Made by a program: the position numbers and the translations under genes | From: Raillietiella orientalis | Lineage: Eukaryota | Length of the DNA: 64,000 nt | Reading direction: 5' to 3' | Assembly: GCA_036172245.1 (NCBI GenBank) | Contig: JAYWIR010000001.1 | Coordinates: forward strand, 1,798,001-1,862,000 | Part shown: positions 12,720 to 24,205 of the stretch, piece by piece | Position numbering within the stretch: the first letter of the stretch is position 1 | Layout of the letters: each line of letters begins with the position of its first letter | The notes under the pieces: model-generated | Databases searched by the model: none | Seen by the model: the letters and a program-made list of their open reading frames with translations, nothing else | What the model was told of the DNA's origin: nothing

Positions 12720-13960
12720 GTACACACACACAAAAAAAAAAAAAACACTAAAGTTCAGTTTAAAAAATGTTGGGGGGGAAAGGAAAGGATCACGGATTTC
12801 TTCTTGGAGTCCTCAGCATCCTCTGGAGGATATTGGAAACTTCCTCCTTTTGTTGGCAGAGATGTGGTCATCTTGTCGTCTTCCTCGGAAGGAGCAGACG
12901 ATTGCGATGACGTCGCCGTTCGACTGGCCTCTTTCAGCACGGTTTCTCGCCGCCACGGTCTCACGAAGGCAGCACGGAGCTGCGAGAAAAGCTGCAGGTG
13001 ATCAGCCCATGGGATTCAGTTCTCTTACGGCGCTCCCAACGAGCCCTGAACACCTGCAGCAGCAGATCGCGAGGGAGTCCTTCGTCAGATCTCTAGCATG
13101 CGGTGTGCAAACCCGACGTCCTTCTTGGAGGCTCTGCCGCTCGTGAACCAAGGTCACGGTGCAGGGTAAAATCCCGTTTTTGTGAAAGCATTGGGAGGGA
13201 TCGTCAGGGGCTGCTGGACAGGTCGAACTTTTTGTTCGGGCCGGCTGATCCGTAGAGGGGGGAAGTCTGAAAATGTCATCCGGAAAGATAGTCGCGAGAG
13301 TCCTTGCAGACGCTCATCTTCATCCGCTTCCTCCCCGCTTGGTTTCACTCCGATAGGAGCAAACGTGGATGCTCGACCCTCGCGAAATTTCGTTTTCACG
13401 CCAAAGGTGACGTCAGAAAAGGCTGTCCGGAAAGCACCGCGACCAATTCTTGCGCCGCAGACCCGTCTCTCCACCGAGGTTGACATGACATGCCAGAGCA
13501 CGTTCATGGAGTTCAGCACCTCCATCCCCGGCTTCTTGCTCTTTTCCGTCGGGAGGAATCTTGCGTGCCTCTCTCTCTCCAGCACCTGTGGAGCTCGTGC
13601 AAGGAGGAAGTGGGGCAGGTATCTCCTCGAATCTTTCTTCAGCTCGGTGCGCCGGCGAAGGACGCTGGAGTCGGGCTCTGCGGAGCGTCTCCAGTCCGCG
13701 AGACAGATCCAGCGGTGAAGAGCAGCCTGGCTGCGATCGCTAGGGCTACAATCTTCTTCCCTGTGCTTAAGAGCCACGGCTGCTGCGTGGAAGGCCGGTC
13801 CGCTCGCCTAGATGAGAGAAGCTGAACTCGTGGCGGCAGTCTCTGGTCGTGGCCCGTAATCAGAGGAGCTCCCTTCGGAGACCGTCCCTGAGCGTCCCGC
13901 GAGACCCCGTCTTCAGGTGGAAGAAAAGGATGTTCCACCGAGTGTTCCTCTCGCATCACC
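12720..13960 (-). mobile_element. L1/Tx1-like LINE ORF2 3' portion, decayed
   Basis: In order on the minus strand: post-RT segment (STGKKIVALAIAARL...), decayed zf-RVT-like region (DDPSQC...LVHE, ~13200-13135), LRDLLLQVF, then the conserved 3' end (KTTR*PH...NILQRM) and a T-rich UTR. Confidence 0.55.
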
Positions 13961-16900
13961 GTACAGAGCGGGAGTTTCTCTCTTCCACTCTACCGTGTTT
14001 CCCTTTTCGTGTTTCATCTCTGCAGCGCCGTGTGCAAACATTTTGGGGCTCACGCACAAAAAAGTCACCAACTCGGTTCAACGAGAGCGTTCTGCTTGCA
14101 ACAAAGGAAGGGGGAAGGGGGGGGGGGGGAAGAGGCGGAGCTCCTGAGAATCGTGAATTGTTGAGGTCGATTGTTGAGACTGATTGTTGGGTTATTTATA
14201 CAACGGGGATTAAGTTTAGGATTTAAGGACGCGTCGGCTATCCGTGATCACGTGGTTTGCCATTAATTTACACAGTGTGAATTTCAGTATTAGGAAGTAC
14301 TTAGGATGTGTGGACGGGCAGCACCGAATTTCCGTCGCGGAAAAGATTGGAGCCGGAAACCGCCGGGAGGCTTCGGGAGCCCCAGTCGCGGTCAAACGCA
14401 AGAGTAGGCATTTCTCGATCCCGCAGAAATCGTAGGGGTCAGTACCTAGGTGCTGCAAGATTTCGAGTCGCCGCTCATAGAGTAGAAGTAGGTACTCCAG
14501 AACAGATAATGGAAATGAAAGAAATGGGGAGGAGGACTCGCGTCGTTGGGCGGTAATGGTAGGGCACTATTAGGGAAGGAAAGGGGAGGGGCTTGCTTAG
14601 TAAATGAGAATACGCGAGGAACTTACCTTTTTCGTGATTGTATATGGTTGTTTTGATTATGATTTAATTAATTTTCTCAGTAAAGGGCAAACAAAAAAAG
14701 TTCGAATCGAAACGCAGCGTGGAAACGAGTGGTGGTGAACTACAGTATGCTACATTTGGACGCGAGAATGCAAATTCTATATGGAAAAGGATTTGATTGT
14801 AGATTGAGTTGAAGAGGGCAGGGTGGATAATGAAGTCATGCAATGAGAATCGCCCCGTCGCTCTGGTGAAAGATCACATAAGTCGTAACATAGTGGATGT
14901 ACCGGAAGACGTACCTGGGCAAGGGAATGCGACACGCTGAGGCAGGGAATTGCTTTGGTATCGATAATTACAGGTTGTTTCGTTGTGCTGTAGTATCAAG
15001 TTATTCGTGATAAATTGGCTGGGTAGTTACGGAGAATACCATTGAGAAAGAGATGGTAGGTACAGTAGGGTTATCTTTTTTGCACGCTACTGAGCCGCAC
15101 TGCACAGGACCTTCTCTCTTCTCAAGGAGACACAACCGTGGATCCTTGTGGATTCTGCATCGAAGAATGAAACTCAAACCACGCGTTGTAGAAGGGAAAA
15201 AAAAAAAAAAGAGTCGCTCGGTGCGCGAAAGGAGAAAGAAAGGATCTCTGCAACAAATTGAATGAAGCGGCTCTGCAACAAATGAGTACATCAGGGAAAG
15301 CACTGGAACCAGGGATCCGTGAAATGTAATAAAACATTAGAAATGTAGGGCGAAGAACTTTTATGCCTTCTTTCCAATAGACTGCGAGAAGCTGGAGATG
15401 GATGTCGTACTTGAGAATTCACTGAGGGTAGGATGAGGAAGAGGGGAATAGAAATCTGGATGACTGCACTATTTTTGATTAAGAGCGCTGCCAAGTAATT
15501 TTAGAGATCTTCTAGAGGTTTTAAGGCAAAGCACTCGTGGAAGATAAAGACGCTGCCTCATGGAAACCACAAAACAAAGAATTATTCCGAATCCATCCGT
15601 AGAAAGGTTTTGTTTTTGTTTTTTTTTTTTTTTACATGAACATCTCTATCAGAGAGCGACAGTGGCTGTGGATGCCCAGACAAAGAGCTTACTGGTTTTG
15701 AATGCTGCTGCCTTCATACTCTGTCTCTTCCCTGTTCTGCCTCTTCCCTGATGTGGAGCTTGTGAAAGAGTGCGTGCACAAGAAGAAAGCAAAGCTGTCT
15801 TGGTGGGAAGGATGCGAATGCATTCTCAACCCCGTGAGTTCATCCGAATTCAAGACGAAAGAGTCAAGAGAAATCCAAAAAAAGTCAGAGACGGGAAAGT
15901 GAGTTCAGGGGAACATGAAGAAGCAGGTCCCTTTTGCAACTGACAAGAAGAGTCATGTCCATGGACTTTGCGGAAAATTGACAAGGGACTTGCACACGAA
16001 CACGCATTCCTGTGAACTTCCAACATCGAAAACATCAAACATCGCACTGCGAAGAAGACATTGAAGAGACCGGAAATCCCAGTGAGTTCCAATAAAAACA
16101 AACTCCTCTTCTTCCATCCATTTTCGAGTGCATGGAAATGGACTCTGGCCGTCCTGGACGTCAGGTCCGCACAATCTTCGTGTTCTCCCTGCAAGATAGA
16201 TGCTCACTCCGAAGGTCCAGACTGTCTGAAAAAGAATGCCCAAGAACGACATAAACTGGTGACCCGAATCAAAAAGGCTAGCTCGATCACACTGGAAGTA
16301 AATATCCGCTGACCAGACTGTTTCGGGAAAAGATTCAAAAGCTAGAGTCGGATCCAGTGCTCCAGAACCAAGGTAAGCGGTCTCACTTAACGTTTCTCAC
16401 GAGCATCCATCAGCAGCTCTGGAAGAGGCACAGATTTGACCTCCAACGAAGTGCTAGCCCTCGTAAGAACAATAGTGGTCGAATCTCTGCGATGCTGGAA
16501 TTCGAAAAATAAAGAACTGTTTAGGGGATGCGAATTTCCCAAGAATCGGCAGAGCACACCAGAAAAGAGATAGCTTGCTCGAATGTACATTACTTCCGGA
16601 GTGTGCATTGAAAACATCAGATGGGTCGCCTCCTCCAACGGAAGGGCATTAGTATATGGTAGGGAGAGCTGAAGAGAAGACTCGAGCAAAGAAGACAGTG
16701 GAAATTCCCTCTTCCCTTCGTCGTCTCCGACCATTTTTTGTTTCCTTCTGTCTCCAGTAAACGCCATGCATCATTTCGACCTTTTGACGCTCGGATCATT
16801 CTGCATTGAGCTCTGCAACAAACTGCAAGCACTTGTAACATCTCGAAACAGTTGTGCCATCTAGGGGATTCCTTTGTCCAAAGCATGGAAGTTCATTCCT

Positions 16901-17309
16901 GAAAAATTTTTATTCCAGTAGAGGATCGAAGCTTCCATGACTCCTTACAGGATCGTCGCTTCGGAGGTGGTTTCTCTCAAAGGTCATAAGGTCTCATGCC
17001 CTTGCCCATTTCCCCGTTTCGAGGAGATGATGGTCATGGAATCACTCCATTTGCGAATAAGCTGGTGCCAAGGAATGCCATGCTGGAAACACTCTCGCAT
17101 GACCTGACCATGGGAATGCAGACCTCACTATTGGCCTAGAATGGAAATCCTTTTGAGTTCTGCTTTCTCTGCTTTCTCTTCTTTCTCCCCCCCCCCTTTT
17201 TTGGTTCGCTAAGTATTCAAGAACTGCCTCCTTAGAGGTGGCTAATGAAGCTATTTGAGCATCGTCCACCCACCCGAGGGTGTGTGTAACTCTTCAATTT
17301 ATAGAGGGC

Positions 17310-17905
17310 ACTTCGGAGTGAGTTCCCTATGAATCCAGGAAGGCTCCAGATTAAGGAGTCACGCCTCTCACGCCTGGGAGGGAGCCCCGAAAGGAACCTC
17401 TTTCTTGTTCTCTCCGGAAGGACTCCCAGAGGAGACCACTCTTCACTTCTCTGAAGGGAGCCCGGAAAGCATCCGCTCCTGGAATTTCTTCCCCAGAGGG
17501 AATCCGGAAAGGATCTGCTCCTTGTTTCCTCCTCTGAAGAGAATCCCGAAAGGAGCAGCGCGCTTCTTGCATCTGAAGAGAGAACCCCCCCGAGGTGATA
17601 TCAACCAGATCCATGGAACCACTCCATTTCCATAGCTGTAGGAAAATCCATAAGGAACCGGCTCCTTGATTCCTGGAAGGATTCCAGAGGATTAACTCCC
17701 GATCCCGGCCAGTGAAGGGAAACATCCAGTTTCCATCAATGCCGCTCCCAAAGCCAACTGAGGCCAACTGACATCATCCTTCGGTGGTTAGGAACTCAAA
17801 ACCCACTGTTCACCCTCTGTTCTCGGCGTCGATTCTTCCCCTGGAGGGATTCGAACCTGCAACGCTCGGTGCCACGCGCGGAGACGGCAGCCGCACGACC
17901 AACAA
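17310..17905 (-). mobile_element. SINE family A copy
   Basis: Intact B-box GGTTCGAATCCC (minus, 17846-17857); body collinear with 2880-3445 (e.g. CTCCTTGATTCCTGGAAGGA, CGATCCCGGCCAGT). Confidence 0.72.
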
Positions 17906-18539
17906 CGCATGAGCTGACTATGGGAATGCAGTCTGCGTGACAACGAGGATGCCCTTCGGATCCCATGAAACAGTCATTGGGCACGAGAGAAAGGAACGGG
18001 AGCAAGAGCGTCTTGGACTTCCTGCAGCCAGCATCCCAAGCTGTGGGTTTCGGGAGACGTTCGCTCGAAACACACAGAAGAGAGCAACGCCCCCTTTGGT
18101 GCTTCAGTACAGCATTGAGCGTGCGTCACCGGGAACGCGGACTCCGCACGCACCAGCGCGCACCGAGTCCAGGTTTCCCGAGGAGCGCTTGCATCCACGG
18201 TTGGAACTTGGCAACGCGCCAGCGGCGAGATGGGATGATCTGTGCCCTGCACGGAAACGCGAGGCTTCCCATTTCTGGACCTCATCGTCGCCTGAGGGCC
18301 GCGATGAGGAACGGGTATCGGGACAGGAAGCAGGTTCGCATGCAACAGGAGCTTCGCGTATTCGCACCACGCGTCCGCAGCCCCAATCTCGATTTGTGTA
18401 CCAATGAGGAGGCGAAGAGGCTTTCTCGGCTTCACGCGCGTGTCCAACATTCGAGCTGCGAGCAGTCTGAAGAGCAGTCCTGCAGTTGTACCGCAGCCGC
18501 AGCGGTCATCTAGTACCCTTGCTGGAGTCAGTTGAGATT

Positions 18540-18630
18540 TGGTTAGGTTAGGTAGGACCTCGGTTGAGTGGGTAGGTCAGGTTAGCTTAGATTGCGTTAG
18601 GTGAGGTGAGGTAGGGTAGATTTGGTTAGT
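18540..18630 (+). repeat. Degenerate (TTAGG)n-like pentamer array
   Basis: GGTTAGGTTAGGTAGG...GTCAGGTTAGCTTAG...GTTAGGTGAGGTGAGGTAGGGTAG. Confidence 0.7.
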
Positions 18631-19189
18631 GAAGCTTAAGTTCTCTTAGCTTCTCCAACCTTTTATTTGAGCAAGAAAATCATTTGCCTTGATCTTCCCA
18701 TAGCCATAGCCTCAGCTGCAGGCAGAGAATACTTCAAGGGCCTTCTGGCTCAGAGTAAAGACCAGGTCTAGGATGAGCTTTACAATGAATGGAAGGAAAA
18801 CTTTTTGCCAAAAGAAACCACCTCGCGCAAATCATGGTGACAGCGAAGGACACCAAGGAGTCACTGCATGAGTTATCCTATCCGAGAAACGTCAGTCCAG
18901 AACGTCAGATATAGCACTGCTATGGTTCACGAAATGATGGGTTTGCCTTCAATATCGAAGCTGGTGCGACAGGCATAGCACCATCTTTGAAAAATGATTA
19001 TTCCCTTTGAGGAAAAGGATCTACTTCCTTAGAGGAAGAATGCCTTTTTTGCAAAAGTACCCGAGTTCTCTTAGTCGAACAATGCCCACGGAAAGACGTA
19101 GCTCACCGTATGGAAACAGTCAGTCAGAGCCGCTGGATCCCGTTTCGGGGAACTACGGTCCTAGAGTTCAACTTTAAAGCTCGAACGAC

Positions 19190-19900
19190 CGGTGGAGTGC
19201 AAGAACGGTTTTTCTCAAAGAAGCCCTCCCTCTTGCTTGAGCACATCCGTAGGTGCTCAAAGAGTCAGAAGTGGATCCTATGACGGATCCTTGGTGATCC
19301 TAGTGAGTATCCCCTCACCTGCAGGTTTCATTGTCTTCCCGATGAGTCGCAACAGGAACCTGAAACGAAACCAGACTGTTCGCGTTCCACGAGAAGCCGG
19401 GTGGTCTCCGATCTGGGTCATACCCTTGGTGGGAAAAAGAGCAATTTTCTTGATGACCTCCCGCAGGAATCCTTTATCGGAGCGAGCAGATCTCGGCTGT
19501 TTCGTTGGATCACGTTGAGGAAGTTAAACAGGAAGTGCGAAGTCCTGCTTTCGTGGTGGAGCGCGCTTCTCAAAAAGGCCTTGCATGGACCGCCGTTTCC
19601 CCGTCCCGCGAGCAGCCCGCGGCGTGCGGAGTTTTCCGCCATCGCGATGGGCTGGTGGTGGCTAGGGAAACCGCTAGGCTCTGCCAACCGGCTCGAGCCC
19701 ACCCAACCACTGCCGGTCGCAAAGGTGTGCGCTCCGTCATCCACCACGAATTTTTGCTTTGCGGTGTTGCGCGCACACATCTCGAGCGGTTCTCCTTTGG
19801 CTGAACATCGCGACCGATGCACGAATGGTGTACCACCGCGTACAGTATCGTGCTACTTCTCGAAAAAGGCTCAGGAGACTCGCACGTGGGTGGTGCCCAC
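19190..19900 (+). mobile_element. Probable Penelope-like element remnant (RT plus GIY-YIG)
   Basis: Ordered degenerate motifs: NGFSQRSPPS (GSPLS-like), SYDGSLVIL (YVDD-like), NFLDDL, CGVFR...VARETARL...RAH (YIGETGR...EH-like), SPLAEH. Confidence 0.4.
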
Positions 19901-21237
19901 AACTGCAGCAGTAAAGCGTCGTCGTGAAAAAGGAATGTGGAAAAACAAAAGAATGTTGCTTTTTTTTTTTTTGTTGTTGTTGTTGTTGTTGTTCAGCTTC
20001 GCAGCATGGGAGCCGATCATCTGATAAGCAAAGCGTACGCTCGGACCCACGCATCGAGTGAGCATTTGGGTGCCTTATTTTTGCGTGTGTGAGTTTTTTC
20101 GTTCAGGAGGCTGGGCAAAATCCAAGAGCGAGAGCGAGCTCTCCTGATTTGTCTGCGTCAAGGACAATCGCGCGGATCTCCTCGCTGAGAAAGTCACGCG
20201 TGCTCGTCTCTGCAAAGTGAAGTCGAAATCCAGGCGACCGAAGGTCTGCCGATTCCGTCCGGTGCTCGCCCGACTTCCCTTCCTCCTCCTCCTCCTCTCT
20301 GCGCGCGCTCTCTCGTGTGGGAAGTCTCTCTCTCCCCCCCTCCCCCCTTTCTCAGGTTCGAAGACGACTTCTTCCTCCAGCGAAGGCAATCCCTTTGCGC
20401 GAGGATGCTTGGGAAACTGGAAGGAAGGGTTACACGGGCAAGTAATTAAATTTCTCAAACTGACTTGCCGAGGGGTGGTGATTTGTCGCAGTGGAAGTCC
20501 GGCAAAAACGCATGCGAGGCGGAAAAAGTGCATCCGATGCTTCCGTAGGTTGCGGAGAGAAAGCCTCAGGAAGGAACTTTCGGCTCGCATCGTTCGCAGA
20601 GGAGGTCAGAATCAATCAGAAGCCGTCATTATCCTCAGGCAGGAACTGAATTTCGGTTCCCAATCAAGCTAATCTTGTAATACACCAGAACAGGAAGGAA
20701 AGGGGCGACCATTACTGATTCAGGGGAGGGGGGGGGGCGGAGAGGAAGCTGCCAATGCACTCTTCAGCACAAATTGTTTGGATGTCCCATCAGGATTCTG
20801 GTCACCTACACTTTGGGAGCTTCCCAAGGAACACGTTTCTCGACCCAAACCAGGAAACGAAGGATTCCGTGCCTCTGCCGAAATCAAATCATTGGAGACC
20901 AAACAACAGTCTTTTCTCCGAATAGCATTCAACATTCAAATCAAATACATTTGGACAGTCATCAGATTCTCCGGGTCTTGCGTCTTACCAATGCATCCCA
21001 TCCATCCATCTATAGGGACAGCCACTAGATCGGAAAGTTGTGATTTACGCAACGTTTCGCTCGAGGTGGAACTTCCAAACCTTTAATTTCTGAAATCCTC
21101 AATCCATTTTGCATCTGCCTAGCAGGAATGGAACCGCACTGTCTGTTACGCGTCTGCAAAATGGCTTGGGAAAATAAGCGGGAACATAGCAACTGTCGCT
21201 ATGGGGACCGTCACTCTACATTAACGAATCGTGTGAA

Positions 21238-21275
21238 ATATATACATATACATACATACATACATACACACACAT

Positions 21276-21306
<31 letters not shown>

Positions 21307-21332
21307 CATATACATACATACATACATATACA
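21238..21332. repeat. Compound TA/TACA/TATACA microsatellite
   Basis: Directly visible. Confidence 0.95.
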
Positions 21333-22522
21333 CGTGATTCCCTGATAAATATCTCTTTTGAATTTTTAATGCCGACCATAATCTCCGATACATATTGCAT
21401 AAATGAAATTAAGATGTACCTGCGAGACCTGACCACTTGTATTTTCTTCGTTACGAACGTCCAGCATTTATGAGGACTCCACGGATCTTTTTTTTTCTCT
21501 CTCTCTCTCTCTACGGGGGGGATTCTTTCTTTCAGATTTCTATCCGATGCCGAAGCGTCCTCTTTGCATGTGCCCGTAAAACGGATGTCTCGCGGGTTGC
21601 TTCAAATCATTAATGCTGATAATTCATCATGGGGATATCTGGCGCGTACCACGTGATGTAAATGTAAGTCGGCTCGCATTTGAATCGGGCCTTTAAATCG
21701 CCCACGCCACCTCTTCCCCCTTCCATCTTGTGCCTTCACGATTTTATCAAAGAAGGGTGAATTTTCGATATTCATTTTTTCGAAATCCACGTGAGTCCTG
21801 AACTAAATATTTCACTTCGAGCGAATTGAACACGTGCATGGCAAGCCTGTTTCCACAACGATCGCAGCTGCACTTATTTATTTATGTAGTATTTCCAAGT
21901 CTGTGCCTTTTGTCATTCACCGTTTTGCATCCTTGCAGAGTTCCTCACATGCGAGGATGCGGCACTCCCCGTTTGGAGTCTTGCGTTTCCCGTTCTCATG
22001 ATTATGCTTCTGGTGTTCAGCTTTGGTCCTTGGACCGCCCCTTCCTGATCCCTGAATGATAATAGCGATTGCTTTTCCTGATACTTGATCGAAGATCCAA
22101 GAATGAGGTGGTAATCTTGTATGCAACGAACTAGAAACACCTTCACGGTGAGGTTACTTCCTTTTGCCCGCGCGAGTGAACACTTTTAACTTTTTTTCTT
22201 CAGAGGAGAATCTTCAGCAGCATCGAGAAAAAGAGCTTTGCAAGATTCCCTCTCTCTCTCTCTCTCTCTCTCTCTCCCCCCCCCCGTCCCCTGCCCTCCC
22301 CATTTTCAGAGCCTCATGTAGTCGGAAATTTGAAGCAGCATTCGGGGAAATGAATTGGATAAAAACGGCATTGGCTCACTTTAGGAGGGCGCAGCTACAA
22401 GAGCAACTGAGTATTCGATCCACACGTCAGGACAACATTGTGAGCAAAAAAAAAAAAGCATTTTTTATGAGATGGCACGTGGTTTCCAGTAGGTTATCCA
22501 CTTGGAAGTGTGTCCAGTAGGC

Positions 22523-22803
22523 CAGCGTTTCCCAAACTACGCTTTGCGGATAGTCAATAAGTGTTCCTTGAAAAATTACGAAGATTAACATATTTTAAAT
22601 GCTGCTAAGTTTATTTTACTATTTTCGTTTTTTTTGGTTTTACATAATTAAAATCTTAGAATACATTGTTTGTTTTGTTTTCTTAGCATTTACTTGCTTA
22701 ATTTATTTATTATTAATATCTATCTACTCTACAAAATAAACAAAGTATTCCGTTGAAATTTCAGGTTTTGTGAAGTGTTCCGTCAAAAGATTGGGAAACG
22801 CCG
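22523..22803. mobile_element. hAT (Buster/Charlie-type) MITE, 281 bp
   Basis: TIRs CAGCGTTTCCCAA...TTGGGAAACGCCG; perfect 8-bp TSD CAGTAGGC at 22515-22522 and 22804-22811 with central TA; AT-rich non-coding interior. Confidence 0.9.
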
Positions 22804-23042
22804 CAGTAGGCTAAGGAAAGATTCTCGTGTGTGTGTGTTTTCTTTAATCTGCAATAAGAGAGCGGAATCCGAGACGAAAATATTGCCTCAGTCTTGTGCG
22901 CCAGGAAGGTCGAAAGCTCATCCTGCAGACAGTTTTCATTTCAAAGTGAGACCACTCACGAGGAGACTTACACTTCTGAATCAGAACACAATATGAAAAA
23001 AATCACTGAAGATACTTTTATTTTCATTTTTATTTTTTTTTA

Positions 23043-23482
23043 GCGGGCAACGATTTCACGGGGCGTTCGAGTTGCTAGGCACGCATAAACGCTCAAGAGA
23101 CGTTGGCAACAATGCAGAGCCAGGAAATGAAGAAAGGAGGGGGGGGGGGCATTCTCTCGCTTCTCAGAGAATCTTTTGCATCGTGGATATTCCACTCTAT
23201 GAGATCCATAACCACACATGAAGAAGATTCCGCTGGACTTTTAACTTGAATGATGCCCGAATTTTAGGCAACATGCATAAAAAAAAAACACACACACACA
23301 CGAGAGCACATTACACGCACAAAAAAATAAACATCTGGCACTCTTTCCCACCTGTCCAATTCTCTGCGAAGCAAGAGGATCCCCCCCCCTCACTTCATTT
23401 CCTGGTTCTGCATTGTTGCCAACGTCTCTTGAGCGTTTATGCGTACCTAGCAACTCGAACGCCCCGTGAAATCGTTGCCTGC
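23043..23482. mobile_element. MITE with long TIRs and TTA TSD (PIF/Harbinger, Tourist-like), 440 bp
   Basis: ~125-bp inverted repeats (23043-~23172 vs ~23358-23482), outer ~85 bp nearly perfect; TTA immediately flanks both ends (23040-23042, 23483-23485). Confidence 0.8.
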
Positions 23483-24205
23483 TTACCCGTTGCTTGCGCT
23501 TTGAGAAATGAAATCTCCGATGTTTGAGAATACAATACGAGTACAATTATATTTATTATGCTGCATATTCTAAAAAATAATTGTTTTCTTGTGTCGACAA
23601 AACCGGTCGTTCCTGGTGAAGCATCTTTTTTTTCTAATTTCAATTTCTTGCAGTCTTAGTTTATTACTCTTAATCCATACCTCGTCAGCGTTCTTCTGAT
23701 TTTGCAGGGTCTCTTTGGAGGCATGTCTTTTGTCGGGCTTTCCGACTGTGTCCGCTGTCTACACTTGTGTTCCGAAGCATTCTCAGCTCTTCAGAGTGGG
23801 AAAAGCGTTTGGATGTGTTCTCATTCTCGAACAGCTGAGAAAAGCGGTCGTTATCATTGCTTCCGAAATCACCATGTGATAAAATGCAACTTTCTCCATG
23901 AATCAATATCACATCAACTTTAAAAGCAAAGAGAGCTCTGCTGTCTTGTCGGTGCCTTCCGTCTCTCTAAGAAGAGTGGCCTTTCCAGTTCAAAGAGAGG
24001 CCTGGATCACTCGCTATGCAGGGGATCATTGCGTTTACTTTACAGTCTTGAAAAACCTAATGTAACATGCTTTCTCTCTCGAGACATAAACCTGTGCGGG
24101 CAAATGGGCTGTTTGGTCATCTACTGAAGAATGTTGTGTCAAATAAACAGCTCTTCCATGGCATCTTTCTAATTCATCATACGTGTAATCTCTTGCATGT
24201 CTTAA

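Noticed and set aside
13154..13777. 207-aa minus ORF ending NAFTKTGFYP, resembling the pogo/Tigger DDE_1 C-terminal motif
   Set aside because: It is collinear with LINE ORF2 motifs on both sides and has no DDE core or TIRs; better explained as an off-frame reading of the decayed zf-RVT region.
14159..14890. Possible solo LTR (TGTTG...TAACA termini)
   Set aside because: No target-site duplication, PBS or PPT, and no second copy in the window.
15700..17280. Coding-like, stop-riddled stretch, perhaps an old transposase
   Set aside because: No diagnostic motif could be identified in any frame.
20430..21000. Mariner-like fragments (QVIKFL, DSPGLAS)
   Set aside because: Motif matches are too short and degenerate, and no TIRs or TA TSD were found.
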